A DNA stretch of 57,257 nt from an uncultured virus (IMG/VR IMGVR_UViG_3300045391_005857) (Duplodnaviria > Heunggongvirae > Uroviricota > Caudoviricetes). The stretch lies in the IMG/VR virus record IMGVR_UViG_3300045391_005857. One strand, given 5' to 3'. A program made the translations under genes and the position numbers. The notes beneath the pieces are model-generated. The model was not told the origin of the DNA and ran no database searches. It worked only from the letters and a program-made list of their open reading frames with translations. Below, one piece after another: positions 26,489-36,198 of the stretch (position 1 is its first letter; each line of letters opens with the position of its first letter).

Positions 26489-27274
26489 ATGGATGTGAAA
26501 TTAGTTCCGTCAGACGGAGAGTCCGTCGATTCTGCCGAGCAGCCTGACGCTGCAACGACCAAGCCGGCTGTCGTCTCCGTTGTCCCTGAGCCAGGAGCCT
26601 ATGAGATCCGGAAGCTCGAACTGGAGTTCGCCGACAAGCGCGATCAGCGGCATTCGGATTTGATTAAGTGGTTCATCGCCGCTGTCTGGCCAGCGATTCT
26701 CTCCCTGCTGACGACGTGGTCGCAGCACTCGGCGATCGACACTGCCAAGACCGAGATTAACAAGAACGTGGCCGTCGTGGAGGACAAAGCGAACGCCGCA
26801 GCGGCGAGCGCCGACACGGCCGCGAAGAAGGCCACCGTGGCGGCGAACACGGCGGCCAGCGCCGACAAGACAGCCACCGATACCAATGCCGTGACGGCCA
26901 AGCTCTTGGCCACGGTGACTGCCGATCCCGACGACATGGCGCGAGCTGAGGAAGCCAAGACGCGATCGGATAATAAGCCAATGCCGCCGCTACCCAGGCC
27001 CGACCAGGATGAGCCGCCCAAACCGCCGGCTAAAACCGATTCAAAAGCGGCTGCGGCGAATTATGACGTGATCAGGCTGTGGCGACAGCGGCAACAGCAC
27101 AAGGCGGTTGCCGTTGACGGGCACCCGCCGCTGCCAGACAATCACTCGCTACCCCACCAGATGTTCAGCCAAGGGAGTGGCCTCGATGGCGATGATCAGC
27201 CGCAAGCGTCTCAAGGCCGCCATGCTAGCGGTCAAACCACAGCCCAAGCCGCAAACCGGACCGCCCGGCCCTAA
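26489..27274 (+). CDS. membrane protein with Ala-rich coiled coil
   Basis: One TM, AAAS-rich helix. Confidence 0.65.
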   Translation: MDVKLVPSDGESVDSAEQPDAATTKPAVVSVVPEPGAYEIRKLELEFADKRDQRHSDLIKWFIAAVWPAILSLLTTWSQHSAIDTAKTEINKNVAVVEDKANAAAASADTAAKKATVAANTAASADKTATDTNAVTAKLLATVTADPDDMARAEEAKTRSDNKPMPPLPRPDQDEPPKPPAKTDSKAAAANYDVIRLWRQRQQHKAVAVDGHPPLPDNHSLPHQMFSQGSGLDGDDQPQASQGRHASGQTTAQAANRTARP

Positions 27275-29303
27275 GCTCGGCGGCAAAGCACCAGCGACAC
27301 GTGGCCCGTTCCGTCCCAAGATGGCAGCGATCAATGGCGGTCGGCAGGGCGGTGGTGCCGGCACGGGTTCGCAGCCAGTGGGTGGTATGGCCCCGGCGAT
27401 GAATAGCCAGCTCAAACCGCCGGGGGGTGGTGCTGACGGCGGAATGCAGACGTCGCAGGCCAATAAGAATATGCAGATCGCTCAGGGCGGTCGGCCTGGC
27501 GTGAATGGCATGGCTCCGAAGCCGCCAATGGGGCAAGAGCCAGCACCGCCGGAGCCGTCTGGCAATCCGTACGGCGGAGCCAGTATGGCTGATGCGGCTT
27601 TCTTCGAGCAGCAAGGTAGCGGGCATTTGCCGCCCTCGCCGCGTCAATCATTTCGGTTTAATCCGCCGCGGCAGGTCTCGTACGACGGCCGCCCGTTAGG
27701 TCCGCAGGCGCACCCGGGTATGCCTACGTCGGATCAATATCCTGGCAAGGGTCTTTACCCAGGATTGCCGTTCGGCGAGCAGAATTTTCTGGCCGAGCAG
27801 GGCGATATGCCTGAGCTGGAGCAATCACGGCCGTATCAGCCGTTGATGCCAGGGGGGTCGCCGCGAGATATGCCGCCGGCCGATCATTTTGCGCAGCCCA
27901 GTCGCGGGATGTTGCAAGCGCCGCCGACTGTCGCGGAGCCAGAGCCGAGCCCCGGTGCTGACTGGAGTAATTATCAGTCGACGAATGCGAAGCCAACGAA
28001 TGCGGTGGCGGGTCAGCCGGGCGGAGGCATCGGCGGTTTCATAGGCCGCATGTTTGGTCCTGGCAATGGGCCAGCTAAAAGCGAACAGCTCTCCCCGGCG
28101 ACGACGGATGCCGAGCGAATGGTGGGTCGCAATAAGTATCTCTACGGTCAGCCGGGTGCACCTGGCTTGAATCGTCCGGGAGAACTGCCTCGCGGCATGC
28201 GAGACTTGTTTAGTTCGTCTGGAATCGAGCCGCAGCAGCCGGAAGAAGGTATCGCCGGCGGTCCGCCCGGATCACCCGAAGGAGCCGACGGCTCTGGTGA
28301 AGGCGGGCCAATGCACGACCCGAACAATCCCTACGCGTTTCAAGCTGGCTCTGGTGCCGACTTGTTCCAGGGTGGTGAGGAACCACCGCAAGCGCCCAAG
28401 CCGCCGTCGGCCGCCGCCGCAAGTGCGGAGCCGCCGTCGGCCGCCGCCGCAAGTGCGGAGCCGCCGACATCACCGGTCAGTGCCCAGCGATCGCCAGGTG
28501 GCGGCATGTCGCCCGGCACGCAGCGGATGATGGACAAGAATCAAGCCGAGGTCGCCCGTCTGCAAGACCTGATGTTCAAGAACCCACAGAGCCAACATCT
28601 GCGACAACATCTGCAGGGGCGAATCGACGCGCTCAACGCCCAGAACCAGCTCTACGGCCACATTGGCCGCGACAATACCGACGCCGGTGCCGCCGAGATG
28701 ATGGGCGACGTTCCCGACGTGCGGCCAGCACCTACGCAGCCAGGTCAGCCGCAAAAGGCGTGGTGGCAGAGCGAGGAGCAGTTCGCCAACCAACAAGCTC
28801 CGCCTGGCCCCGGCAAAACGGAGATGACCATGAAAGGCGCCGCGGACTTCATCGGCGAGATGTTCGGCGAGAAAGACGCCAACCTCTACGGGCAGCCCGG
28901 CTCGACCGTACCCAAGATCAATCAGCCCAAGGGTCGTACCGTGACCCGCGAGCGATTCAAGCAGCGGATCAAGTTGCCCCTGCCCAACGAGCCCGAGAAG
29001 GCGGCCGCGAGCTGCTGTAGCAGCATGGCCAAGTCGCTCAAACGGCGACGAATGAACAAAAAGAAGGCTGACGCGGAAGATCCACTGTTGGCTCGGATGA
29101 TGCGTAAGGGCAAGATGGACAAAGGCAAAGCCGTGGCCATTGCGAAAAGCCGCGGCTGGATTCGCCAGTCCGGGAGGCATCTGGAATTGAACGAGTCCGG
29201 TCGCGGCCCTCGCAACAATGCCGCCAAGCACATTCGGCAAGAGGGTGGTAGCACAAAACTCTCGGCGGCGGCACAATTTGTCGAATCACTGATGGCCGGC
29301 TAA
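27186..29303 (+). CDS. large disordered Pro/Gly/Gln-rich protein, possible virion-internal protein
   Basis: ~705 aa low complexity; KMAA and EKAAA motifs; NxYxYGQPG twice. Confidence 0.7.
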   Translation: MAMISRKRLKAAMLAVKPQPKPQTGPPGPKLGGKAPATRGPFRPKMAAINGGRQGGGAGTGSQPVGGMAPAMNSQLKPPGGGADGGMQTSQANKNMQIAQGGRPGVNGMAPKPPMGQEPAPPEPSGNPYGGASMADAAFFEQQGSGHLPPSPRQSFRFNPPRQVSYDGRPLGPQAHPGMPTSDQYPGKGLYPGLPFGEQNFLAEQGDMPELEQSRPYQPLMPGGSPRDMPPADHFAQPSRGMLQAPPTVAEPEPSPGADWSNYQSTNAKPTNAVAGQPGGGIGGFIGRMFGPGNGPAKSEQLSPATTDAERMVGRNKYLYGQPGAPGLNRPGELPRGMRDLFSSSGIEPQQPEEGIAGGPPGSPEGADGSGEGGPMHDPNNPYAFQAGSGADLFQGGEEPPQAPKPPSAAAASAEPPSAAAASAEPPTSPVSAQRSPGGGMSPGTQRMMDKNQAEVARLQDLMFKNPQSQHLRQHLQGRIDALNAQNQLYGHIGRDNTDAGAAEMMGDVPDVRPAPTQPGQPQKAWWQSEEQFANQQAPPGPGKTEMTMKGAADFIGEMFGEKDANLYGQPGSTVPKINQPKGRTVTRERFKQRIKLPLPNEPEKAAASCCSSMAKSLKRRRMNKKKADAEDPLLARMMRKGKMDKGKAVAIAKSRGWIRQSGRHLELNESGRGPRNNAAKHIRQEGGSTKLSAAAQFVESLMAG
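28400..28466 (+). repeat. 30-bp in-frame tandem duplication (PPSAAAASAE x2)
   Basis: Two exact units plus a partial third. Confidence 0.95.
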
Positions 29304-29344
29304 CGTCGCCGGCCGCGAGCCTTCAACAAAGGAGTCTGTGTTCT

Positions 29345-29548
29345 ATGCGTAAGTATCTCATCACCTTCGCTGTGGTCGTTGCATCATTATTTGCGATGCC
29401 GGCCACCAGCGAAGCCTGCTGCTTGCTGGGCAAGCTGGCTCGCGGCGTCGGCGCCGTTGTGTCGGCCCCTGTCCGGTTGCACCGCAACCACAGGGCGAAG
29501 CGGCAAGCCCGTCATCAAAGCAAAGCCTGCGTTGTGACGTCGAAGTAA
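29345..29548 (+). CDS. small secreted protein
   Basis: AAGGAG RBS, signal peptide. Confidence 0.7.
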   Translation: MRKYLITFAVVVASLFAMPATSEACCLLGKLARGVGAVVSAPVRLHRNHRAKRQARHQSKACVVTSK

Positions 29549-29595
29549 GTCGGCCGGGCCGACTGATGCTTTCTCATACCAGCAGGGAGGCTGCG

Positions 29596-29832
29596 GTGCC
29601 GAAGCATCTGAAACGCCTCGTGGATATTTTGGCTCAAATCTCGGGGGCCGATCCGCATAGCATCCGGCCCCAGACGCGGCTCCTCCGCGAGCTGGGGCTG
29701 GATACGCTCGACATTGAAGACATCGAGCATGAAATCGCCATCGAGTTCGGCGTGGACCTCGATCTCATCCGGGCCGGCGATATCACCGTCCAGCAGATTC
29801 TGGACATGCTCAGTGAGAGCTTAGAATGGTAG
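29596..29832 (+). CDS. acyl-carrier-protein-like protein (Thr at the Ser site)
   Basis: I.PQTRLLRELGLDTLD...I..EFGVDL...ITVQQI; GGGAGG RBS. Confidence 0.75.
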   Translation: MPKHLKRLVDILAQISGADPHSIRPQTRLLRELGLDTLDIEDIEHEIAIEFGVDLDLIRAGDITVQQILDMLSESLEW

Positions 29833-30529
29833 CCAGCGAGAATAGTCCCTTGTCCACGTAGGGCGTCAGCGTGCGGCGGACGAAGCCCAGCTCGGCCTTG
29901 GTGGCTCGCCGGCGTTGTTTCCGCACCTCCATGATCTTGGCCGTGCCGGAAGTGTTCTCGCCGTGGCAAAGACGAATGTAGAGCGTGGGCGGGCTCTCGC
30001 ACGGCACGAACTCTCCTTGGTTCTTGAACGCCATGGCGAAGTCGCTATCCTCGCCCGTGTCGCGCGATGGGTAACGCTCCGACCCATGCTGCCAGAGGAT
30101 CGTCCCGCAGCATGCTCCGCAGCGGAAACATTTGCAGCTCCGCACAAAGCAGTTGCCGGTGTTGACGTCGATGTTGATGTACGACGTCAGGGCCGTGGCC
30201 CGCTTGCCTTGCATCTGGGCGTTGGTGAGCTGGTAGCGGATGCGATTGGGGTCGTGCCAGTCGTCATCGTCCCAGGCGATTGCCCAGTCGCCCGGGTTGA
30301 GGAACTGCATGATCTCGTTGCGGAGCTGCCCTAGCGTGGGCGGCCGCTGGACGATGTGCTCGCTCACCAGCGGGTGGTGGAAGTTGATCCGCTCCCCGTG
30401 GTTGAAGATGATCATCCGCTTTTCGTAATGCGTCTGCTCGGCAAAGCATTGCAACGACATCTGCGCCAGCTTCCTCCGCTGCGGCGTGCCGGCGGTAACC
30501 ATGAGGGCGGTGACGAGCGGTTGACTCAC
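29810..30529 (-). CDS. GT-A (GT2-like) glycosyltransferase
   Basis: PLVTALM, TLGQLRN, WDDDDWH.PNRI..Q, GEDSDF. Confidence 0.85.
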   Translation of the reverse strand: MSQPLVTALMVTAGTPQRRKLAQMSLQCFAEQTHYEKRMIIFNHGERINFHHPLVSEHIVQRPPTLGQLRNEIMQFLNPGDWAIAWDDDDWHDPNRIRYQLTNAQMQGKRATALTSYINIDVNTGNCFVRSCKCFRCGACCGTILWQHGSERYPSRDTGEDSDFAMAFKNQGEFVPCESPPTLYIRLCHGENTSGTAKIMEVRKQRRRATKAELGFVRRTLTPYVDKGLFSLATILSSH

Positions 30530-31248
30530 GGTAATTTCTCTCCCCGATAGCGATGCTTCTGGCGACGGCGATTGTGGAACATTGATTTGATACGGGCGGC
30601 CCTGGTCTCGGCTTCCGGGATTGCGATGCCGTCGAGACGCTTGGTGGCCCGGCCGAACCAGTTCTTGCCGTCCTCACCGAGGTGCAGGACTTCGAAGTTG
30701 GGGCGAATCTTGCGTTCGATCGGCCAACGGTCTTGGAAGATGCTGTCACAGCCGCCGGCATGAATCCATTTCACGTCGTACCACGGCCGTTCGACCAGCA
30801 CCGGATCGGCGGCATGAAAGAGTTGGAAGTAGCCAGGGAACTCGCCCTCATTGGTGCGATAGCATGTCGTCCAGTCGAAGTCGGGCGTCCATTGCGACGG
30901 GTCGGTGAGCATCCGGCGATGCGGCGTATACAGATTGCCGATCTGGATGTCGTTTAGCGGCATGACGTCGGGGAAGAGCGTGTCGGCGTCGTGGATGATG
31001 ATCCAGCCCGTGCGGCCGAGGAAGGTCAGGCCCTCCTCCATCGCGGCGCCTTTGTTGAACTTCGCCCCCTGGCGGTAGAAAGCATCGGTGACAAAGCAGC
31101 GGGCGTTGGGTACAGTTTGGACCAGCTCCTTCGTACGTTGATCGTGCGGAGCGGTGACGACGACGATCTCGCTTAGATGCCGGGCATTCAGGGGCAGGGT
31201 TATAGCGAGGAGGTCGTCATATTCCACACAGACAGTGATTCCTTTCAT
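30526..31248 (-). CDS. GT-A glycosyltransferase-like protein
   Basis: ITVCVEYDD.L, FNKG, HDADT, GYFQLF. Confidence 0.75.
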   Translation of the reverse strand: MKGITVCVEYDDLLAITLPLNARHLSEIVVVTAPHDQRTKELVQTVPNARCFVTDAFYRQGAKFNKGAAMEEGLTFLGRTGWIIIHDADTLFPDVMPLNDIQIGNLYTPHRRMLTDPSQWTPDFDWTTCYRTNEGEFPGYFQLFHAADPVLVERPWYDVKWIHAGGCDSIFQDRWPIERKIRPNFEVLHLGEDGKNWFGRATKRLDGIAIPEAETRAARIKSMFHNRRRQKHRYRGEKLP

Positions 31249-31999
31249 GCCCAAGCTCTCCATCCTGGTGATTACGTTGCAGTCACGAGCCGAGAAGCTC
31301 GCCAATCTGCTGGCTTGTTTGCGACCCCAGCTTACGGACGACGTCGAACTTTTGCAATGTTGCGACAACGGCGAGCGACAGTCCGGGGCCAAGCGGAACG
31401 AGCTGCTGTTCAAGGCCACCGGCGACTACGTCGCCTTCATCGACGATGACGACCTGGTGGCGGACGATTACGTGCAGCGGATGCTGGCAGAGATCGAGCA
31501 TAAGCCAGACGTGATTACCTTCCGCCTGCGGATGAGCCGGGACGGCAAGTTCGTCGAGCAAAAGTTCGGGCTGCACGAGCAGGACGGCCCCCAGTGGGGT
31601 ACGGATATCCGGATGACCGCTAACCACATCTGCGCCTGGCGTCGCGAGCTGGCCACGATGATGCGGTTCCCGGACTGGCTGGGCTACGGCGACGATCAGT
31701 TCTGGTACAAGCCGCTGATTGCCGCCGGCGTCGCGAAGACTGAGCGACACATCGATCACATCATGTACTACTACACGTTCTCCCGGGCGGCGACGGCGAA
31801 TCAAACCAAGGAGCGTGTGCGTGTTGCCGACAAGTGGGTTGGCAGCGGTATCCAGGCGTACTGGATGGCTGATCGGATCGTTATGGACCGACACTCCGCG
31901 CAGTTCGGTCGCGTTCGGCGGGTCTATGACGCCGGCGGACGCGAATTTGATATCGATGCAGCGGAGTTGAAACCGATCGCACTGTGCTATCTCAAGTAG
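31247..31999 (+). CDS. GT2-family glycosyltransferase
   Basis: KLSILV, GAKRN, ATGDYVAFIDDDD. Confidence 0.88.
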   Translation: MPKLSILVITLQSRAEKLANLLACLRPQLTDDVELLQCCDNGERQSGAKRNELLFKATGDYVAFIDDDDLVADDYVQRMLAEIEHKPDVITFRLRMSRDGKFVEQKFGLHEQDGPQWGTDIRMTANHICAWRRELATMMRFPDWLGYGDDQFWYKPLIAAGVAKTERHIDHIMYYYTFSRAATANQTKERVRVADKWVGSGIQAYWMADRIVMDRHSAQFGRVRRVYDAGGREFDIDAAELKPIALCYLK

Positions 32000-32959
32000 C
32001 TACTTCTTGCTGTTCTGGATGTACTCGGTGACCCGGTTGACGTGCCCGATCTGACTGGGGTGCGTTACGATCTCCAGCAGCCGGCCCTTGCTCTTGGGCT
32101 TGTAGATGCTTTCGTGGGTCTTGCTGCACTGCTCCTTCTCGCCGCCGATCGCCAGCTCGCCGCGGCCCTTCAAGGGCACGCCGCAGGCGTGGCAGTGAAA
32201 GCGCGCTTGCTGCTCGAAGGCCGCCATCGGCTGATTCCACCAGCCCGGCGTAACCGCCAGGCCCGTGTCCGGATAATCGGGCTCCTCCTGGTGCAGCATC
32301 GCCATCGCGCCGGCGATCTCGCAGAAGTAGCCCCGCAGCTCGCCGCGGAAGACGCCGATCATCGCCGACCAGTATTGGTTGACGTCACACTCGCCGATCA
32401 GCTTCCAGCGATTCTCCTCGGTGTTGGGGACACCGCCGGGCAAGACCTCCATGTCCTGCATGGCGTAGTACGGCGAAGCGTGCCGCGAATCGTCGGTGAC
32501 GCCGACGGGCCGGGCTTCGGGCCAGTCGCGGCGGAACTCTTCCAACGCCTCCTGGTCGAGGTGGACGTTGATGTTGGAGACGTGCGGGTTGAACGTCTCC
32601 CGCGCGATCGCGCCGTTGCCAAAGAGCTTGTTGCACCACAGCCCCCGTCGCTCGAACGGGATATACCGCTGCATGATCTTGCAGAGCTGCTCGAACTGCG
32701 GGTGCAACGCGGGGTTGCCGCCGAACACACCCACGACGCCGAAATAGTCCTGCAAGCTCTGGCAGGCGACTTCAAATTGTTCGACCGTGATTCGGCCCGG
32801 CTTGCCGCCGAGGTTCGAGGCCTGCGTGCAGCCGAAGCAAGCCTTATCGCAGCTCCGCGTCACCCAGATTTGTAGGACTCCCTGGCGCCACACTGTCGGG
32901 CGGCGATCCCTCGGGGACTTCATCGTGGGGGGTAGGGGCAGCATTGGCATCCTTTCCAT
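32000..32959 (-). CDS. radical SAM protein
   Basis: VTRSCDKACFGC (CxxxCxxC), FGGNPALHP, C-terminal Cys; start uncertain. Confidence 0.85.
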   Translation of the reverse strand: MERMPMLPLPPTMKSPRDRRPTVWRQGVLQIWVTRSCDKACFGCTQASNLGGKPGRITVEQFEVACQSLQDYFGVVGVFGGNPALHPQFEQLCKIMQRYIPFERRGLWCNKLFGNGAIARETFNPHVSNINVHLDQEALEEFRRDWPEARPVGVTDDSRHASPYYAMQDMEVLPGGVPNTEENRWKLIGECDVNQYWSAMIGVFRGELRGYFCEIAGAMAMLHQEEPDYPDTGLAVTPGWWNQPMAAFEQQARFHCHACGVPLKGRGELAIGGEKEQCSKTHESIYKPKSKGRLLEIVTHPSQIGHVNRVTEYIQNSKK

Positions 32960-34109
32960 AATTGAGCCGGAGTCGTTCGATCTCGGCCGCCAACTCGCGG
33001 CCGCGACGCCGGTAATCATAGAACGCCTGGGCCCTCTTCGCGAAGTCCTCTTGTTTGTCCTTCTCGTAAGTGTCGGCCGTATGGCGGATCAGCTTGGAGA
33101 GGGCGTGCAGCGGGATGTCGCTCGATATCCGGATCAAATTGCCCTCGATCTCCGGCAAAACGTCGATCTCCGGCAGGTTCGTGATGACGCGGCAGCCGCA
33201 GGCCGTGGCCTCGATTAGCTTGCGGAGGGCATAGCCCAGCCGCGAAGCGGTGCAGATCGCAACCTTGTAGTGCGTCAGCGCGAACAGGTAGTTGTCGGTG
33301 TCGGGGCCGTTGGCGGCATAGCCCGGGAACGACCGCGTTTCCACCGGCAGGTACTGGGCGTTAGCGTACAGTCGATTGCGGAGCGGGTAATAATCGCGGG
33401 CCGCGTTGCCCGAGAGCAGGCACGTGCGGTCGCGGGGGTTGGCGCCGTAAGGCGGGATCTTCGCCGGATCGACCGAGTGCCAGGTGCGGATGAGGTGCTC
33501 GCGGCGGATGTACGGCGCTAGCGCACAGACAATGTCCGGGTGGTAGTAAGCAATCCAGCCGTGATAGCCCATCTGCTCGGCGGCGTCGCGATGGTAGTGC
33601 GGCTCCTGGTGGGCGTCTTTGCAGATCGTGAGCTTGAAAATGTCCGGGCGATGCGACAGGTGGTGGTAGTTCTGAAAGCCGGCGTCTTTGTTCAGGCAGG
33701 TGCTGGAGCCCGGGTCCCACTCGCGCTTGTCTTGCACGATGAGCGTCCGCACCGGGGCGGCGAGGTTGAGGATTGTCGGCACGTCGCGTTGATCGTCCGG
33801 ATAGCCAGGTCCCCATAGGCGATAGCCGGCCAATGCTAAGCCTTCTTGCATCTGCCAGCCTTCGTCGGTCATGTGCTGGGCGAAGCTGTGTAGCCCCAGC
33901 ATGTGTAAGCCGCCCTCCTGCGGAATGTATTCCGGCGGATCGAGCCGCACCACCGGCGCCGTCGCTCCGCGACGTCGGCGGAGCACACGTCGCTTCAATA
34001 GTTTACGGGCTGTTGCCTGGGTACGGTTGCGGATGGACTTTCGTTGTACCGGGCCGGGCGTCGCGGCCCGTCGGATCGTGTTGACGACACGACGGTTTTG
34101 ATTGGTCAT
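32844..34109 (-). CDS. GT-B-like glycosyltransferase
   Basis: YPLR, Y..AL..YKVAICT, RKLIEATACGCRVIT. Confidence 0.7.
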   Translation of the reverse strand: MTNQNRRVVNTIRRAATPGPVQRKSIRNRTQATARKLLKRRVLRRRRGATAPVVRLDPPEYIPQEGGLHMLGLHSFAQHMTDEGWQMQEGLALAGYRLWGPGYPDDQRDVPTILNLAAPVRTLIVQDKREWDPGSSTCLNKDAGFQNYHHLSHRPDIFKLTICKDAHQEPHYHRDAAEQMGYHGWIAYYHPDIVCALAPYIRREHLIRTWHSVDPAKIPPYGANPRDRTCLLSGNAARDYYPLRNRLYANAQYLPVETRSFPGYAANGPDTDNYLFALTHYKVAICTASRLGYALRKLIEATACGCRVITNLPEIDVLPEIEGNLIRISSDIPLHALSKLIRHTADTYEKDKQEDFAKRAQAFYDYRRRGRELAAEIERLRLNYGKDANAAPTPHDEVPEGSPPDSVAPGSPTNLGDAELR

Positions 34110-34663
34110 TTTGGTTTGATGAAGAACCAGCTCTCGATCTCTTCCGCCGATGTCTTGTACGGCGTGAGCTGATGTTGTTCAGCGAAAGCGATAACGGCCG
34201 GGCGGACTTCGTCGGCCCACTCCCATTCGTTGAGATCATGGCCCGACATTACGCCGCCAGGTCGAACCCTGGTCCACCAGCTTTGCATATCTTCTTCGAC
34301 GAAGCGGCGGATGTGATTACCGTCGATATGTACGAAATCCAGCGCGGCGGGCTCGATCTGGGCGGCTGCCTCGGTCGAGAGCATTCGCCAGAGTCGCACA
34401 CGGTTGGCGAAAGGCGCTAGCGTATCGACGGCTGCCTGATAGTCTGCATCGCGATCGCCGTAAGCTACCATGTCGTGATAGCTGGGCAGCTTTCGCCAGG
34501 GGTCCACGCAGATCAGCTCGCCGGGCCAGGCATTAAGAAACAGCGCGGCGTACTCGCCGCGATGGGTGCCAACCTCGACCGCTGTGCCGGTGAGGTCCCG
34601 TGTCCGCAGGAAACTACCAAAATCGACACGGGTCGGTAGTTCGGGGTGAGCGACAATGTCCAT
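34106..34663 (-). CDS. class I SAM methyltransferase (Methyltransf_24-like)
   Basis: VEVGTHRG, VDPW, DFVHIDGNH, PGGVMSGHD. Confidence 0.9.
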   Translation of the reverse strand: MDIVAHPELPTRVDFGSFLRTRDLTGTAVEVGTHRGEYAALFLNAWPGELICVDPWRKLPSYHDMVAYGDRDADYQAAVDTLAPFANRVRLWRMLSTEAAAQIEPAALDFVHIDGNHIRRFVEEDMQSWWTRVRPGGVMSGHDLNEWEWADEVRPAVIAFAEQHQLTPYKTSAEEIESWFFIKPK

Positions 34664-34710
34664 GTCGCTTGTTATAGTGTCACCGACGCGCTGTTTGCTA
34701 GGGAGTTTCT

Positions 34711-35055
34711 ATGCTGTTAGCGATCGACTTCGATCGGACGTTCATGCTGGACCCGCCCCTCTGGGGCGCTTTTCTGAAAGCGTTAGTCCTCAGCGACCAC
34801 CGGGCCATCGTCGTGACTTGTCGTACGGCACGGGAGGACAATTACGAGCTGATTCGCGATGCGCTGGCGCGTGCCGGGGCGTTGCATTCCGTGGAAGATA
34901 TTTTGTGCACCAGCCATCGACCGAAGCGCACTTTCGCAGTCGCCTGCGGGTATCAGGTCGATGTTTGGGTGGATGACATTCCCGAAGTTATCGGAGCCCG
35001 CGACGAGGCCGAAGTGCGCGAGATCGAGGCCCGTTTCCACGTCGCCTCGACGTGA
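34711..35055 (+). CDS. HAD-family phosphatase
   Basis: AIDFDRT, VVTCR, K, VWVDD. Confidence 0.8.
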   Translation: MLLAIDFDRTFMLDPPLWGAFLKALVLSDHRAIVVTCRTAREDNYELIRDALARAGALHSVEDILCTSHRPKRTFAVACGYQVDVWVDDIPEVIGARDEAEVREIEARFHVAST

Positions 35056-35101
35056 CGTTCGGCGACATGCTATCTTACGCCCACCTCCGGAGACCTGCCT
35101 G

Positions 35102-35287
35102 ATGCCCACACAGACTGCTCCGCGTGAAATGGTCGTCAACCCTGCCGACTTTCAGCTCTTGCTGACGTCGCGCCGTAACATGATCCGCGAGAATCGCCGG
35201 CACCAAGGTTTGTTGGGTCTCCGCGATCGCGACACCGGTGAATTATTCTTGACCGAGGAGCGGAAGCTCAAACCGGTAGCTGTATGA
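35102..35287 (+). CDS. hypothetical protein
   Basis: GGAG RBS, ATG 35102. Confidence 0.55.
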   Translation: MPTQTAPREMVVNPADFQLLLTSRRNMIRENRRHQGLLGLRDRDTGELFLTEERKLKPVAV

Positions 35288-35484
35288 GCGACAATCTGGA
35301 CGTCGAATTCATGTCCCGCAGCGACCTCAAGGCTGAGGTGACCAAGCTCCGCGGCGAGAACAAAGGTCTGGTACTTAGAAACCGGGTGTTGCGGGCTCGC
35401 CCCGATCTACCGGTCGAACGAATGGATTTCCACGACGCCCTCGCCAGGGCTCAGGAAGAATTGGCAAAACTCCGTGGCAGCTAA
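35284..35484 (+). CDS. small coiled-coil protein
   Basis: ATGA-coupled. Confidence 0.6.
   Translation: MSDNLDVEFMSRSDLKAEVTKLRGENKGLVLRNRVLRARPDLPVERMDFHDALARAQEELAKLRGS
35370..35382 (+). repeat. dispersed 13-mer, copy 4
   Basis: Exact copy inside a CDS (VLRN). Confidence 0.9.
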
Positions 35485-36154
35485 TCATTGTCCGATCTGC
35501 GACTTCAAAAGCGGCTTTAAGAACTTTCGTGGCCGCGAGCGTGCTCAGTGTCCGACCTGCGGCTCACTGGAGCGGCACCGGCTCGTCTGGTTGTACTGGC
35601 GAGAGCAGACAACGCTGTTCGACGGTCAGCCCAAGCGGATGTTGCACTTCGCCCCCGAGGCTTGCTTCCGCGGCCGGCTGCCAAACGTCCCCGGCATCGA
35701 CTACCTCAGCGGCGATCTTAATCCGGGCTCCGTGAAAGCGATGCGGAAACTTAACCTGACCAGGCTGGACCTACCCAGCGAGACGTTTCAGGTGTTCCAT
35801 TGCTCCCATGTGCTGGAGCACATCCCCGACGACGCGGCGGCGATGCGCGAGCTGTACCGCGTGCTGGCTCCGGGCGGTTGGGGCATTATTCAGGTGCCGC
35901 TACGCCGGGGTGAGCATACCTACGTCGATCCCAATGCGAGGACCGCCGAGCAGCGGACGCGAGCCTACGGCCAGTACAACCACGTGCGAATTTACGGTGA
36001 ATTGGACCTTGCCCCGGCGCTGCGGATGGCCGGTTTTACGGTGGAGCCGACGCAGTACGGGCATGATCTGCCGTGGCAGATTGCCGGGAAATACGGGGTA
36101 GATCGTGACGAACTGCTGTTTTTCTGTTACAAAAATGGCCACGCGGAATCTTAA
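35474..36154 (+). CDS. Zn-ribbon plus class I SAM methyltransferase
   Basis: CPIC...CPTCGSLERHR, LHFAPE, CSHVLEHI, RVLAPGG. Confidence 0.88.
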   Translation: MAANHCPICDFKSGFKNFRGRERAQCPTCGSLERHRLVWLYWREQTTLFDGQPKRMLHFAPEACFRGRLPNVPGIDYLSGDLNPGSVKAMRKLNLTRLDLPSETFQVFHCSHVLEHIPDDAAAMRELYRVLAPGGWGIIQVPLRRGEHTYVDPNARTAEQRTRAYGQYNHVRIYGELDLAPALRMAGFTVEPTQYGHDLPWQIAGKYGVDRDELLFFCYKNGHAES

Positions 36155-36198
36155 TCCGCCAGGAGTCTTCAAGTCACTGATGGACTGTTGGAGTAGCA

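Noticed and set aside
28400..28466. 30-bp and 24-bp (47633-47680) tandem repeats as functional arrays
   Set aside because: Simple in-frame duplications in Pro-rich linkers.
31247..31999. Active recombinase-driven invertible segment
   Set aside because: No matching inverted repeats at both ends, no recombinase in the window, and simple re-inversion would break a start codon.
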